Part shown: positions 8,807-19,140 of the stretch, in pieces
How the letters are laid out: each line of letters starts with the position of its first letter
Position numbering within the stretch: the first letter of the stretch is position 1
Assembly (NCBI RefSeq): GCF_000012905.2
Contig: NC_007493.2
Coordinates: 1,500,001 to 1,532,000, forward strand
Direction: 5' to 3'
Origin: Cereibacter sphaeroides 2.4.1
Lineage (GTDB): Bacteria; Pseudomonadota; Alphaproteobacteria; Rhodobacterales; Rhodobacteraceae
DNA: 32,000 nucleotides
Made by a program: the position numbers and the translations under genes
Notes under the pieces: generated by a model
Database searches by the model: none
What the model was told of the DNA's origin: nothing
The model's input: only the letters and a program-made list of their open reading frames with translations

Positions 8807-8823
8807 CTTGATCTACAAGCGCC

Positions 8824-11232
8824 TCAGTGCGCGGTCGCGGTCGGCAGGGCTTCGCGCTCGAGCCTCCGGGCGGCGGCGGCGGCCTCCTCGGCCTCCTCGT
8901 CCCACTCGACCGGCTCCGGCATCCGCACCAGAGCCTCACGCAGCACTTCGCGGACATGGGAGACCGGGATGATCCGCAGCCCCTCCTTCACATTGTCCGG
9001 GATCTCGGCGAGATCCTTGGCATTCTCCTCCGGGATCAGCACCGTCTTGATGCCGCCCCGCAGCGCCGCGAGGAGCTTCTCCTTCAGACCGCCGATGGGC
9101 AGCACGTTGCCGCGCAGCGTCACCTCGCCCGTCATGGCCACGTCCTTGCGGACGGGAACGCCCGTCAGGACCGAGACGATGGAGGTCACCATCGCCACAC
9201 CGGCCGAAGGCCCGTCCTTGGGCGTCGCCCCCTCGGGAACATGGACGTGGATGTCGACCGTCTCGAACTTCGGCGGCTTCACCCCGAGCTCGGGCGAGAT
9301 CGAGCGGACGAAGCTCGAGGCCGCGTCGATCGATTCCTTCATCACGTCGCCGAGCTTGCCCGTGGTCTTCATCCGGCCCTTGCCCGGCAGCCGCAGCGCC
9401 TCGATCGAGAGGAGTTCGCCGCCGACCGAGGTCCAGGCGAGGCCCGTGACGACGCCCACCTGATCCTCCTTCTCGGCCAGACCGTAGCGGTGGCGCTTCA
9501 CGCCGAGGAAGCCTTCCAGCTTCTCGGGCGTCACCTCGACCGACTTGGTGTGACCCTTGACGATCTCGGTCACGGCCTTCCGCGCCATCTTCGCGATCTC
9601 ACGCTCGAGGTTCCGCACCCCCGCCTCGCGGGTGTAGGTCCGGATCGTCTCGGTAAGCGCCTCATCGGTGACCTTGAACTCGCCCTTCTTCAGACCGTGG
9701 TTCTCGATCTGCTTCGGGATCAGGTGCTGCTTGGCGATCTCGCGCTTCTCATCCTCGGTGTAGCCCGAGAGCGGGATGATCTCCATCCGGTCCAGAAGCG
9801 GCGACGGCATGTTGTAGCTGTTCGCCGTGGTCAGGAACATCACGTTCGACAGGTCGTATTCCACTTCGAGATAGTGGTCGACGAAGGTCGAGTTCTGTTC
9901 CGGATCGAGCACCTCGAGCATGGCCGAGGCCGGATCGCCGCGGAAGTCCTGCCCCATCTTGTCGATCTCGTCGAGCAGGATGAGCGGGTTGGTGGTCTTG
10001 GCCTTCTTCAGCGCCTGGATGATCTTGCCGGGCATCGAGCCGATATAGGTCCGCCGATGGCCGCGGATCTCGGATTCGTCGCGCACACCGCCGAGCGAGA
10101 TGCGGATGAACTCGCGCCCCGTGGCCTTGGCGACCGACCGGCCGAGCGAGGTCTTGCCCACGCCCGGAGGGCCCACGAGGCAGAGGATCGGGCCCTTGAG
10201 CTTGGCCGACCGCGCCTGCACGGCGAGATATTCGACGATCCGCTCCTTGACCTTCTCGAGCCCGTGATGGTCGGCATCGAGCACGCCCTGCGCCTTGGTC
10301 AGGTCCTTCTTGGTGCGCGACTTCACGCCCCACGGCACGCCGAGGAGCCAATCGAGATAGTTGCGCACCACCGTGGCCTCGGCCGACATGGGCGACATCG
10401 ACTTCAGCTTCTTGACCTCGGCCTCGGCCTTGTCGCGGGCCTCCTTGGACAGCTCGGTCTTGGCGATCCGCTCTTCCAGCTCGGCGATCTCGTTCTGGCC
10501 GTCCTCGCCGTCGCCGAGCTCCTTCTGAATGGCCTTCATCTGCTCATTCAGATAATATTCGCGCTGGGTGCGCTCCATCTGCGACTTGACGCGGGTCTTG
10601 ATCTTCTTCTCGACCTGCAGGACCGACATCTCGCCCTGCATGTGGCCATAGACCTTCTCCAGCCGCTCTGCCACGTCGAGCGTCTCGAGCAGCGCCTGCT
10701 TCTGCGCCACATCGATACCGAGATGGCCCGCCACGAGGTCGGCGAGGCGCGCGGCATCGCGGGTCTCCGACACGGCGGCCAGCGCCTCCTCTGGGATGTT
10801 CTTCTTGATCTTCGCGTACCGCTCGAATTCCTCGGCCACGGCGCGCAGCAGCGCGTCGACCGTCGCCTGATCGCCCGGCTCCTCGTCGAGCCGCTCGGCG
10901 CGCGCCTCGAAGAACGAGTCGTTGCTCAGGAAGTCGGTGATGCGCACGCGGCTCTTGCCCTCGACCAGCACCTTCACGGTACCGTCGGGCAGCTTGAGCA
11001 GCTGGAGCACATTCGCCAGCACGCCGGAACGGTAGATCCCGTCGGTGGCCGGATCATCCACGGACGGATCGATCTGAGAAGACAGCAGGATCTGCCGGTC
11101 GTCGGCCATCACCTCCTCGAGAGCACGGACCGACTTCTCGCGCCCGACGAACAGCGGCACGATCATGTGGGGAAACACCACGATGTCGCGCAGCGGCAGC
11201 ACGGGATAGCTGTTGGGGAGCTGTTCAGTCAT
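8824..11232 (-). CDS. lon: ATP-dependent endopeptidase La (Lon protease), 802 aa
   Basis: N-domain [26 protein letters not shown], Walker [10 protein letters not shown], catalytic PKDGPSAGV. The start was set at ATG 11232 (MTEQLPNS), preceded by GAAGGAAAAG. The track start at 11304 adds 24 non-conserved residues. Confidence 0.96.
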   Translation of the reverse strand: MTEQLPNSYPVLPLRDIVVFPHMIVPLFVGREKSVRALEEVMADDRQILLSSQIDPSVDDPATDGIYRSGVLANVLQLLKLPDGTVKVLVEGKSRVRITDFLSNDSFFEARAERLDEEPGDQATVDALLRAVAEEFERYAKIKKNIPEEALAAVSETRDAARLADLVAGHLGIDVAQKQALLETLDVAERLEKVYGHMQGEMSVLQVEKKIKTRVKSQMERTQREYYLNEQMKAIQKELGDGEDGQNEIAELEERIAKTELSKEARDKAEAEVKKLKSMSPMSAEATVVRNYLDWLLGVPWGVKSRTKKDLTKAQGVLDADHHGLEKVKERIVEYLAVQARSAKLKGPILCLVGPPGVGKTSLGRSVAKATGREFIRISLGGVRDESEIRGHRRTYIGSMPGKIIQALKKAKTTNPLILLDEIDKMGQDFRGDPASAMLEVLDPEQNSTFVDHYLEVEYDLSNVMFLTTANSYNMPSPLLDRMEIIPLSGYTEDEKREIAKQHLIPKQIENHGLKKGEFKVTDEALTETIRTYTREAGVRNLEREIAKMARKAVTEIVKGHTKSVEVTPEKLEGFLGVKRHRYGLAEKEDQVGVVTGLAWTSVGGELLSIEALRLPGKGRMKTTGKLGDVMKESIDAASSFVRSISPELGVKPPKFETVDIHVHVPEGATPKDGPSAGVAMVTSIVSVLTGVPVRKDVAMTGEVTLRGNVLPIGGLKEKLLAALRGGIKTVLIPEENAKDLAEIPDNVKEGLRIIPVSHVREVLREALVRMPEPVEWDEEAEEAAAAARRLEREALPTATAH

Positions 11233-11309
11233 GTCTTTTCCTTCAATGCAGGAAGGCTCCGGCCCCGGCCATTCGGCAGCACTCGGCCTTCCCCGGACAT
11301 TCACTACGA

Positions 11310-11338
11310 TATCTGGTGGCGCGGCAGCCCGGTGTCAA
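11310..11338 (-). promoter_or_regulatory. Candidate lon promoter (TTGACA-17 nt-CAGATA; the -10 region CCACCAGATAT is also compatible with a sigma-32-type element)
   Basis: Minus strand reads GTTGACACCGGGCTGCCGCGCCACCAGATATCG, about 75 nt upstream of the lon ATG. lon is classically heat-shock regulated. Confidence 0.4.
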
Positions 11339-11493
11339 CCTGACCGACTTTGCGACTTGCCGCAAAGTCTGGACCGGTCGGGGGCGGGCAACAAGCCCTC
11401 TTTCGGTGCAAGTTTGTGCGTCGGCCGAAGAGATGCGGCGGACGCAGGCGCGGCCCTGGCCGGACGGCGCCGCAGCGCCGCCCGGGCCCGGCG

Positions 11494-12582
11494 TCAGGCG
11501 GCCGGGGTCAGCGTCGGATAGTCCGTGTAGCCCTCGGCCCCGCCGCCATAGAGCCCCTCGGTCGGCAGCGGCGCAAGCGGCGCCCGGGCAGCGAGCCGCT
11601 CGGCCAGATCGGGGTTCGAGATATAGAGCTTGCCGAAGGCCACCATGTCCGCCTTGCCGCTCTCGACCGCCGCCACCGCCATCTCGCGGTCATAGCCGTT
11701 GTTGGCGACATAGGTGCCGCCGAACCGCTCGCGCAGCGTCTCGAGCGCGCCCTCGGGCCACTCGCGCGCCCCGCCGGTCTGGCCCTCGACCATGTGCAGG
11801 AAGGCGATCCCGTGCCGGTTCAGCACGTCGATGGCCCTGGAAAAGAGGCCCACCGTATCGCTGTCGATGCCCACATCATTGGCGTTCGAGAAGGGCGAGA
11901 AGCGGATGCCGGTGCGCCCCGGCCCCATCTCGGCCACGACCGCGCCCACGACCTCTTCGAGGAAGCGCACGCGGTTCTCCTGGCTGCCGCCATAGGCGTC
12001 GGTGCGCTTGTTCGACGTGTCCCGCAGGAACTGGTCGATCAGATAGCCGTTCGCGGCGTGGATCTCGACGGCATCGAAGCCCGCGGCCTTCGCGTTGCGC
12101 GCGGCCTTGCGGTAATCCTCGACCACGCGGGCGATCTCGTCGGTCTCCAGCGCGCGCGGCTCGGAGGTGGCCACAAAGCCCGTGCCATCGAAGGTGCGCG
12201 AGGCCGCGGCGAGGGCCGAAGGCGCCACCGGTTTCTGCCCGTCGAGCAGGCTCGTGTGGCTGATGCGACCCACATGCCAGAGCTGGATCGCGATATGGCC
12301 GCCGCGCGCATGGACGGCGTCCGTCACCTTGCGCCAGCCTGCGACCTGAGCCTCGGAATGGATGCCCGGCGTCCAGGCATAGCCCTTGCCCTCCGGCGAG
12401 ATCTGCGAGCCCTCCGTCACGATCAGGCCCGCGCCGGCCCGCTGACGATAATATTCCACGGTGAGATCGGTCGGCAGGTCGCCCTCGGGCTCGGCCCGGT
12501 TGCGGGTGAGCGGCGCCATCACGACCCGGTTCTTCAGCGTCAGATCACCGACTGCGATCGGGGTGAAGAGTTTCTCGGTCAT
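11494..12582 (-). CDS. Old Yellow Enzyme family FMN-dependent alkene reductase (NemA-like), 362 aa
   Basis: LKNRVVMAPLTRNRA, GLIVTEGSQISPEG.GY..TPGI, IQLWHVGR, GFDAVEIHAANGYLIDQFL and GRTGIRFSP are hallmark OYE blocks. Confidence 0.9.
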   Translation of the reverse strand: MTEKLFTPIAVGDLTLKNRVVMAPLTRNRAEPEGDLPTDLTVEYYRQRAGAGLIVTEGSQISPEGKGYAWTPGIHSEAQVAGWRKVTDAVHARGGHIAIQLWHVGRISHTSLLDGQKPVAPSALAAASRTFDGTGFVATSEPRALETDEIARVVEDYRKAARNAKAAGFDAVEIHAANGYLIDQFLRDTSNKRTDAYGGSQENRVRFLEEVVGAVVAEMGPGRTGIRFSPFSNANDVGIDSDTVGLFSRAIDVLNRHGIAFLHMVEGQTGGAREWPEGALETLRERFGGTYVANNGYDREMAVAAVESGKADMVAFGKLYISNPDLAERLAARAPLAPLPTEGLYGGGAEGYTDYPTLTPAA

Positions 12583-12688
12583 CCATCATGTCCTTGAACT
12601 GTGTCGCTCCGAGATAGGGCGCCGCCCGACCGCGACAAAGGGTCCCGCCATGCGCCCGCCGCATGGCCGCCATGGGGTCGGCGCCGGG

Positions 12689-13819
12689 TCAGAGCGGCTC
12701 GATGTCGCCCTCGGCCCGCGCGGCATGAAAGGCCGCCACGAACTCGCCGAGCCGCCCGGCCGCGATGGCCGTGCGCAGCCCCTGCATCAGTTCCTGATAA
12801 TAATGCAGGTTGTGCCAGGTCAGCAGCATCGAGGCGATGATCTCCTGCGCGCGGAAGACGTGGTGCAGATAGGCGCGCGAGTAGCTGCGGCAGGCTGGAC
12901 AGCTGCAGGCCTCATCGAGCGGGCGCGGATCGTCCATGTGGCGCGCGTTCTTGATGTTGACCTGCCCCCGCCGCGTCCAGGCCTGCCCGGTGCGCCCCGA
13001 GCGCGAGGGCAGCACGCAATCCATCATGTCGACGCCCCGCTCCACCGCGCCCACGATGTCGTCGGGCTTGCCCACGCCCATCAGATAGCGCGGCCGGTCC
13101 TCGGGCAGGAGGCCCGGTGCATAGTCGAGCACGCCGAACATCGCCTCCTGCCCCTCGCCCACCGCGAGCCCGCCGATGGCATAGCCCTCGAAGCCGATCT
13201 CCCGCAGCGCGGCCGCGCTCTCCTCGCGCAGATCGCGCGTGACGCCGCCCTGCATGATCCCGAAGAGCGCGTGTCCCGGGCGGTCGCCGAAGGCTTCGCG
13301 CGACCGTCGCGCCCACCGCATCGAGAGACGCATGGACTGGGCCACCGCCTCCTCGGTCGCGGGCAGCGCCGGGCATTCGTCGAAGGCCATCACGATGTCC
13401 GAGCCCAGAAGCCGCTGGATCTCCATGCTGCGCTCGGGGCTCAGGTGATGTTTCGATCCGTCGATGTGCGAGCGGAAGGTCACGCCCTCCTCGGAAAGCT
13501 TCCTCAGATCCGCGAGGCTCATCACCTGAAACCCGCCCGAGTCGGTGAGGATCGGCCGGTCCCAGTTCATGAACCGGTGCAGTCCGCCGAGCCGCACCAC
13601 CCGTTCGGCGGTCGGGCGCAACATCAGGTGATAGGTGTTGCCGAGCAGGATGTCGGCCCCCGTCGCGCGCACATTTTCGGGAAGCATCGCCTTCACCGTG
13701 CCGGCCGTGCCCACCGGCATGAAGGCCGGAGTGCGGATCTCGCCGCGCGGGGTCGAGATCACCCCCGTGCGCGCGCGCCCGTCGGTCGCCGTGAGCTCGA
13801 AGCTGAATCGCTGGGTCAT
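12689..13819 (-). CDS. tgt: tRNA-guanine transglycosylase (queuine tRNA-ribosyltransferase), 376 aa
   Basis: [51 protein letters not shown] and the zinc motif [16 protein letters not shown]. The start was set at ATG 13819 (MTQRFSFEL). The track ORF start at 13894 is an upstream extension. Confidence 0.94.
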
Positions 13820-13984
13820 GGATGCCTCCGCCTGCCGCGCGCCCTTCTGCGCGATAGCGCTCCGAAAGCCAAGGGCGCCGCCCCTTTCCGGCACGGCGCC
13901 CCTCTCACTCTGGAGAAATATCCTCGGGGCGGGGGTCCGGGGGCGGGGCAGACAGCCCCTCCCCCGGCCGGTCCTCCGGGAACC

Positions 13985-16900
13985 TCAGGCCGAGGCCTCG
14001 CGCGCCTCCAGCATCGCACGATGGGCCTGCCATTCCTTGTCCGGCTTCGAGATGAAGGTGTAGAACATCGGCACCACGAAGAGCGTGAAGCAGGTGCCGA
14101 TCAGCAGGCCCGTGAAGATCACGATCCCCATCGCCTGCCGCGCCTCGGCGCCCGCACCTTCCGCGATGATGAGCGGCACCACCGCCAGCGCCATGGCCGC
14201 CGTCGTCATCAGGATCGGCCGCAGCCGCACCTTGGCCGCCGCCACGATGGCCTGCCGCCGGTTCAGCCCGTGCTCCTCGCGCTGCTGGTTGGCGAATTCC
14301 ACCATCAGGATCCCGTGCTTGGTGATGAGGCCGATCAGCGTGATGAGGCCCACCTGCGTGTAGATGTTCAGCGTGCCAAGCCCGAGGTTCAGCGGCAGGA
14401 TCGCCCCGAAGATCGAGAGCGGCACCGACATCATGATGATGAACGGATCGCGGAAGCTCTCGAACTGCGCGGCGAGCACGAGGTAGATCACCACCACCGC
14501 CGCCGCGAAGGCCAGAAGGATCGTGTTGCCCTGCTCGACCTCGAGCCGCGACTGGCCGGAATAGTCGAGGAAGAAGCCGTCGGGCATCACCTCGTTGGCG
14601 ATCTGCTGCAGCTCGGCCAGACCGTCGCCGGTCGAGATGCCGATCATCGGCAGGGCCGAGATCGTGGCGGAGTTGAGCTGATTGAACTGTTCGATCGAGG
14701 CCGCCGAGGCGCCGGTCTCGAAATTCACCACCGAGGTCAGCGGCACCATCGCCCCCGAGGCGGCGCGCACGAAGAACTGGCTCAGCCGTTCCGGATTGTT
14801 GCGCCAGTCGCGCGGCACCTGCGGGATGATGTCGTAGCTGTTCGACTCGCGGTCGAACTGCGCGACCGAGGCCCCGCCCACCAGAAGTCCCAGCGTGTTG
14901 CCGATGTCCGAGATCGGCACGTTCAGCGTCGCTGCCCGGTCCCGGTCGATGGTGGCCACCACCTCCGGCGCATCGAAGGCGAGCGAGTTCTGCACCGCGA
15001 TGAAGCGGCCCGAGGCCTCGGCGCGACGGCGGATCTCCTCCGAGATCTCGAACACGCGGTCGGGCGACTGGATCGACTGCAGCACCATCGAGATCGGCAA
15101 CCCGCCGCCCGTGCCCGGCAGGCTCGGCGGCGAGAAGACGAAGCCCTGCACCCCCGGCACCGGATCGAGCCGCGCCTGCACCTCCTGCTGCACCTCGGCC
15201 TGGCTCCGGTCGCGGTCGGCCCAGTCCTTCAGCGCCCAGATGTAGATGCCCTGATTGGCCTGCCCGCCGAAGCCCGCGATGGAGAATTCGGTGCGCACCT
15301 CGGGAATGTCCTTGGTCACGTCCGAGATCCGGTCGGTGTAGAGCGTGGTATAGTCCTTGGTGGCGTACCGCGGCCCGTTCAGGATCGCGAACATCGCGCC
15401 CTGATCCTCCTCGGGCGCCAGCTCGCTCGTCGTGTTCATGAACATGAAGCCCGTGACCGCGACGAGCGCCGCCACCATGAGAAGCGTCACCGGCCGGTAG
15501 TCGAGCGACGAGGAGACCCGGCGCTCGTACCAGTTGGCGGTGCCTTCGAGCGTGTGATCGACGATGCGCTGGAAGCGGCTGCCGGTGCCCGCCTTCAGCA
15601 GACGCGCCGACATCATCGGCGTGATCGTCAGCGCGACCACCCCCGAGATGATGACCGATCCCGCCAGCGCGAAGGCGAATTCCGCGAACAGTGACCCGGT
15701 GAGCCCGCCCGAGAAGCCGAGCGGCGCCAGCACGGCGGCCAGCGTGATCGTCATGGCGATGACGGGGCCGGTGATCTCGCGCATCCCCTTCAACGCCGCG
15801 TGATAGGGGCTCATCCCCTCGTCGATGTGCCGGTGGATGTTCTCGACCACCACGATCGCATCGTCCACCACGAGCCCGATGGCGAGCACCATGGCCAGAA
15901 GCGACAGAAGGTTGATCGAATAGCCGAGCGCCAGCAGCACCGCGCAGACCCCGATCAGCGAGAGCGGGATCGTCACGATGGGCATCAGCACCGAGCGGAA
16001 CGAGCCGAGGAACAGGAGGATCACGACCACCACGATGGCCACGGCCTCGGCGAGCGTCTTGAACACCTCGTAGATCGAGGCGGTGATCGTCTCGGTCGAG
16101 TCGTAGACGAGGTTGATCTCCATCCCCCTCGGCAGGGTGGCATTGATCGCGGGCAGTTCCTCGATCACTGCGGCCGCGGTGGTCAGCGGGTTCGCGGCCG
16201 GTGTCGGGAAGATCCCGATGAAGGTGCCGGGCTGGCCGTTGAAGGTCACGATGCTGTCGGGCTCGGCCGAGGCCAGCTCCACATCGGCCACGTCGCGCAG
16301 GCGCACGACCTCGTCACCCTGCGAACGGATCGGCAGCGCCCCGAAGGCCTCGGGGGTCTGCAGCGTCGATTGCAGCTTGATCGACCGGGCGAAATATTCG
16401 CCCTCGGTGCGCCCCGGCGCCGACAGGAAGTTCGAGGCCCGGATCGCCGTCAGCACTTCCGAGGCGGTCACGTTGCGCGCGGCGAGCTTCATCGGATCGA
16501 TCCAGACCCGCATCGCATATTCGGCCGCGCCGATGATCTGGATCTCGGCCACGCCCTCGATGGTGGACATCCGCGGCCGGATCACCCGCTCGAGATATTC
16601 CGTCATCTGCTCGGCGGACATGTTGGGGTTCAGCGCCGCAAGATACATGAGCGCGAAATTGTCGCCCGTGCCCTTCACGATCACCGGATCCTCGGCCTCC
16701 GAGGGCAGTTCGCCCCGCACCTGCTGGACCTTGGCCAGCACCTCGGTCAGCGCCACGTCCGAATTCGCGCCGAGCTTCATCTGCACCGAGACGACCGAGG
16801 CCGAAGGCCGGCTCTGGCTGGTCACATAGTCGATGTTCTCGGTCGTCGCGACGGCGCGGGCGATGGGGGCCGTGATGAAGCCCTGGATCAGGTCGGGCGA

Positions 16901-17062
16901 GGCCCCCGGATAGGTGGTGGTGATGGTGACGACCGTCTCCTCCACCTCGGGATATTGCCGGACCGGCAGGTTGAAGATGGAATAGAGCCCGATCAGCAGG
17001 ATGAAGCTCGCCAGCACCGTCGAGGCGACAGGGCGGCGGATGAAGATTTCCGAGATGTTCAT
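13985..17062 (-). CDS. RND (HAE1-type) efflux transporter permease subunit, 1025 aa
   Basis: Canonical N-terminus MNISEIFIRRPVASTVLA..., 12-TM / two-large-loop organisation, and conserved TM4 region GLVVDDAIVVVENIHRH. Confidence 0.94.
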   Translation of the reverse strand: MNISEIFIRRPVASTVLASFILLIGLYSIFNLPVRQYPEVEETVVTITTTYPGASPDLIQGFITAPIARAVATTENIDYVTSQSRPSASVVSVQMKLGANSDVALTEVLAKVQQVRGELPSEAEDPVIVKGTGDNFALMYLAALNPNMSAEQMTEYLERVIRPRMSTIEGVAEIQIIGAAEYAMRVWIDPMKLAARNVTASEVLTAIRASNFLSAPGRTEGEYFARSIKLQSTLQTPEAFGALPIRSQGDEVVRLRDVADVELASAEPDSIVTFNGQPGTFIGIFPTPAANPLTTAAAVIEELPAINATLPRGMEINLVYDSTETITASIYEVFKTLAEAVAIVVVVILLFLGSFRSVLMPIVTIPLSLIGVCAVLLALGYSINLLSLLAMVLAIGLVVDDAIVVVENIHRHIDEGMSPYHAALKGMREITGPVIAMTITLAAVLAPLGFSGGLTGSLFAEFAFALAGSVIISGVVALTITPMMSARLLKAGTGSRFQRIVDHTLEGTANWYERRVSSSLDYRPVTLLMVAALVAVTGFMFMNTTSELAPEEDQGAMFAILNGPRYATKDYTTLYTDRISDVTKDIPEVRTEFSIAGFGGQANQGIYIWALKDWADRDRSQAEVQQEVQARLDPVPGVQGFVFSPPSLPGTGGGLPISMVLQSIQSPDRVFEISEEIRRRAEASGRFIAVQNSLAFDAPEVVATIDRDRAATLNVPISDIGNTLGLLVGGASVAQFDRESNSYDIIPQVPRDWRNNPERLSQFFVRAASGAMVPLTSVVNFETGASAASIEQFNQLNSATISALPMIGISTGDGLAELQQIANEVMPDGFFLDYSGQSRLEVEQGNTILLAFAAAVVVIYLVLAAQFESFRDPFIIMMSVPLSIFGAILPLNLGLGTLNIYTQVGLITLIGLITKHGILMVEFANQQREEHGLNRRQAIVAAAKVRLRPILMTTAAMALAVVPLIIAEGAGAEARQAMGIVIFTGLLIGTCFTLFVVPMFYTFISKPDKEWQAHRAMLEAREASA

Positions 17063-17069
17063 CGAGCGC

Positions 17070-18245
17070 TCACTCCGTCTCGGTCTCGGCGCCGGCGGCG
17101 GCAGGCTCCTGCGCCTGCGCCTGCCCGTCCGCCTGCTCCGGCGCCTCCGCCGGCTGCGTGCCGGCCGGGCTCACCGTATTGTCGATGGTCACCGGGGCCC
17201 CGCCCGACAGACGGTTCTGGCCCGCGTTCACCACCACGTCCCCCGGCTCCAGTCCCGAGACGATCTCGATCATGTCGCCGTCGCGTCGGCCCGGCTGGAC
17301 GAAGACCTGCTCGACCACCTTCTGATCCTCCTCCTCGCCGTCGCGGACGACATAGACCGAGTCGCCGTAGAGGCTGGTCATCAGGGCGGTCTGCGGCAGG
17401 GCGATCACCTGCTCCTCGTCGGGCAGTTCGACCCGCACCCGCAGGAACTGGCCCGGATAGATCTGCCCGCTCTCGTTGGAGACCTCGGCCCGGACGGTCA
17501 CGAGCCGCGAGTTGGGATCGACCTTCGGCTCGATGCCGGTGATCTTCCCGCTCGCACGGTATTCGCCCACCTCGGAGGTGGCCGTCACCCGCATGTCCGG
17601 CCGGATCCGGCCGATCTGCTGCTCGGGCAGAGCGAAATCGACCCGCATCGCATCGAGGTCCTGCAGCGTCGCATACACGGTGCCGGGGGTGACATAGCCG
17701 CCCACATCCACCTGCGTGATGCCGATGACGCCCGCGAAGGGTGCGGTCAGTTCCTTCTGCTGCAGCATCGCCTGGATCTTGGCCACCTGCGCCCGCGCCG
17801 AGGCCGCCTGCGCCTGAGCCGTGTCGAGGTTGTTCACCGCGGACACGCCCCGCTCGCGCAGCGTGCGGGCACGGGCGAGTTCGGTCTCCGCCAGCTCGAG
17901 CTCCGCCTCGGCCGCCGCGAGATCGGCCAACTCCTCGCGCTCCGAGATCTGCAGGAGCTTCTGCCCCTCTTCGACATGTTCGTTCGACTTGAACAGGATC
18001 TGCCGCACCGTGCCCCCGGCCTCGACCGCGAGATCGACGCCCTGCGCGGCGACCGCGGTTCCGATCGCCTCGATCCCCGGCCGCCAGGTGATCGGCTCGG
18101 CCACGGAAGTCGAGACGGTGATCGGCGCCGGCTTCCGGTTGGCGAAGAAGTCGCTGATCATGCCGTCCCGGAACCGGTTGAAGCCCACGATGCCGCCCAC
18201 GATCACGGCAAGCAGGATCACGGCAATGATGAGGCGCTTGACCAT
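17070..18245 (-). CDS. Efflux RND periplasmic adaptor (membrane fusion protein), 391 aa
   Basis: N-terminal TM anchor, a coiled-coil hairpin (AAAEAELELAETELARARTL...AQAQAASARAQVAKIQ), and barrel domains. ATG 18245 was preferred over the track GTG 18257 because GGAGGA lies directly upstream of 18245. The stop is 5 nt before the RND start. Confidence 0.88.
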   Translation of the reverse strand: MVKRLIIAVILLAVIVGGIVGFNRFRDGMISDFFANRKPAPITVSTSVAEPITWRPGIEAIGTAVAAQGVDLAVEAGGTVRQILFKSNEHVEEGQKLLQISEREELADLAAAEAELELAETELARARTLRERGVSAVNNLDTAQAQAASARAQVAKIQAMLQQKELTAPFAGVIGITQVDVGGYVTPGTVYATLQDLDAMRVDFALPEQQIGRIRPDMRVTATSEVGEYRASGKITGIEPKVDPNSRLVTVRAEVSNESGQIYPGQFLRVRVELPDEEQVIALPQTALMTSLYGDSVYVVRDGEEEDQKVVEQVFVQPGRRDGDMIEIVSGLEPGDVVVNAGQNRLSGGAPVTIDNTVSPAGTQPAEAPEQADGQAQAQEPAAAGAETETE

Positions 18246-18312
18246 CCGGTCCTCCACAAGGCTGCCGCGGGACTGCGCGTCGCGTCGGCGGTGTTTGACT
18301 TTTCAGTCGTTT

Positions 18313-18336
18313 ACTGTACCGTCTGGACGGTAAAGT
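18313..18336. promoter_or_regulatory. Palindromic candidate TetR operator in the divergent efflux/tetR promoter region
   Basis: ACTGTACCGTC-TG-GACGGTAAAGT has 11-bp arms with one mismatch. It is flanked by TTGACTTT (18295-18302) and its complement AAAGTCAA (18332-18339). It sits between the MFP start (18245) and the TetR start (18358). Confidence 0.45.
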
Positions 18337-18357
18337 CAATCAGCGAAGGAAGCTGCA

Positions 18358-18960
18358 GTGGCTGACTTAGCACCGAAGCTTCGAAAGAAAATGCCCGCCG
18401 AGACCCGGAAGCGCCTGCTGGACGCCGCCGAGCTGCTCAGCCGCACCGTTGGGCCCGCGGGCATGTCGCTCGACGCGGTGGCCGCCACGGCCGGCGTGTC
18501 GAAGGGCGGCCTGCTCTATCACTTTCCCAGCAAGCACGCCCTGCTGCGCGCGCTTGTGCAGAACCACGTCACCGCCTTCCGCGACGACATGGACGGCCGC
18601 TGCCCGGGCTGGACCGAGCCTTCGGACGAGGCCGCCGCTCTCGCGGGCGCGCGGACCTATGTGGACGTGGCGCGCGAGACGATGCGCCAGACCGATGCGC
18701 CCTCGTCGGGGATCTTCGCGGCCCTCACCGAAGACCCGCATTTCATGACGCCCCTTCTCGATCTGCGGGACGTGGTGCGGCGGCTCTTCGAGCGCTGCCC
18801 ACCCGAGGCGATGCTCGTATTCCACGGCTGCGAGGGGCTCTTCCACGAGCGCATGATCGACCCGACGCGATGGGACGGCGAACGGGCCGAGGCGCAGTTC
18901 CTCCGGATGGCGCGCCTGCTCGAGGAACTGGCAGAGGGCCGGGCGCGCTTCCTGTCCTGA
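18358..18960 (+). CDS. TetR/AcrR family transcriptional regulator, 200 aa
   Basis: HTH SLDAVAATAGVSKGGLLYHFPSKHALL. GTG start 18358 is preceded by AAGGAAG; ATG 18391 is an alternative. It is divergent from the efflux operon. Confidence 0.85.
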   Translation: MADLAPKLRKKMPAETRKRLLDAAELLSRTVGPAGMSLDAVAATAGVSKGGLLYHFPSKHALLRALVQNHVTAFRDDMDGRCPGWTEPSDEAAALAGARTYVDVARETMRQTDAPSSGIFAALTEDPHFMTPLLDLRDVVRRLFERCPPEAMLVFHGCEGLFHERMIDPTRWDGERAEAQFLRMARLLEELAEGRARFLS

Positions 18961-19041
18961 TCGTCGCGCGCACCTCGGAGGCCTGCGCGCCGAGAAGAGG
19001 ATCGGGCCAGCACCGCGCTGCCGCCTCCCCGCGCAGACCCC

Positions 19042-19140
19042 ACGTCCGCCATCGACCTCGCCGGGACTTCGCTGACGGAGGGGCACGGATCCTGACGATC
19101 GATCTCGGTCCGCAGGAAAACGTCTCCACCGGTCCGGGTG
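19042..19140 (+). pseudogene. Frameshifted relic of a ParA/Soj-family partition ATPase (recognisable core; the relic may extend to about 19340)
   Basis: Two adjacent frames read TSAIDLAGTSLTEGHG then (A)RILTIDLGPQENVSTGPGV. Compare the ParA/Soj consensus from memory, TTAINLAAALAEAG.RVLLIDLDPQGNASTGLGV; I count about 12 of 18 identities in the second block. The Walker A position is degenerate (PPPRADPT instead of KGGVGKTT), and there is a frameshift near 19080 and a stop at 19093. No intact ORF exists. Confidence 0.45.

Noticed and set aside
8370-8823. Expected HU-type (hupB) gene between lon and tRNA-Val
   Set aside because: None of the six translated frames resembles HU (no MNK..L...A, no GFG.F, no R.GRNP.TG). 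The region is therefore reported as non-coding rather than as a gene.
8827-11343. 838-aa plus-strand ORF covering the whole lon locus
   Set aside because: It is a mirror ORF of a high-GC gene. The translation is Arg/Leu/Gly/His-rich with no recognisable motifs, while the minus strand encodes a textbook Lon protease.
12461-15694. 1077-aa plus-strand ORF across tgt and the RND gene. Similar long antisense ORFs are 1211..3139, 15800..17542, 17001..18365, 20028..21755, 22178..24007, 23146..25002, 25543..26754, 27210..28421 and 29389..31269.
   Set aside because: Same high-GC antisense artefact. All have strongly biased Arg/Gly/His/Asp composition and overlap opposite-strand genes with clear family motifs.
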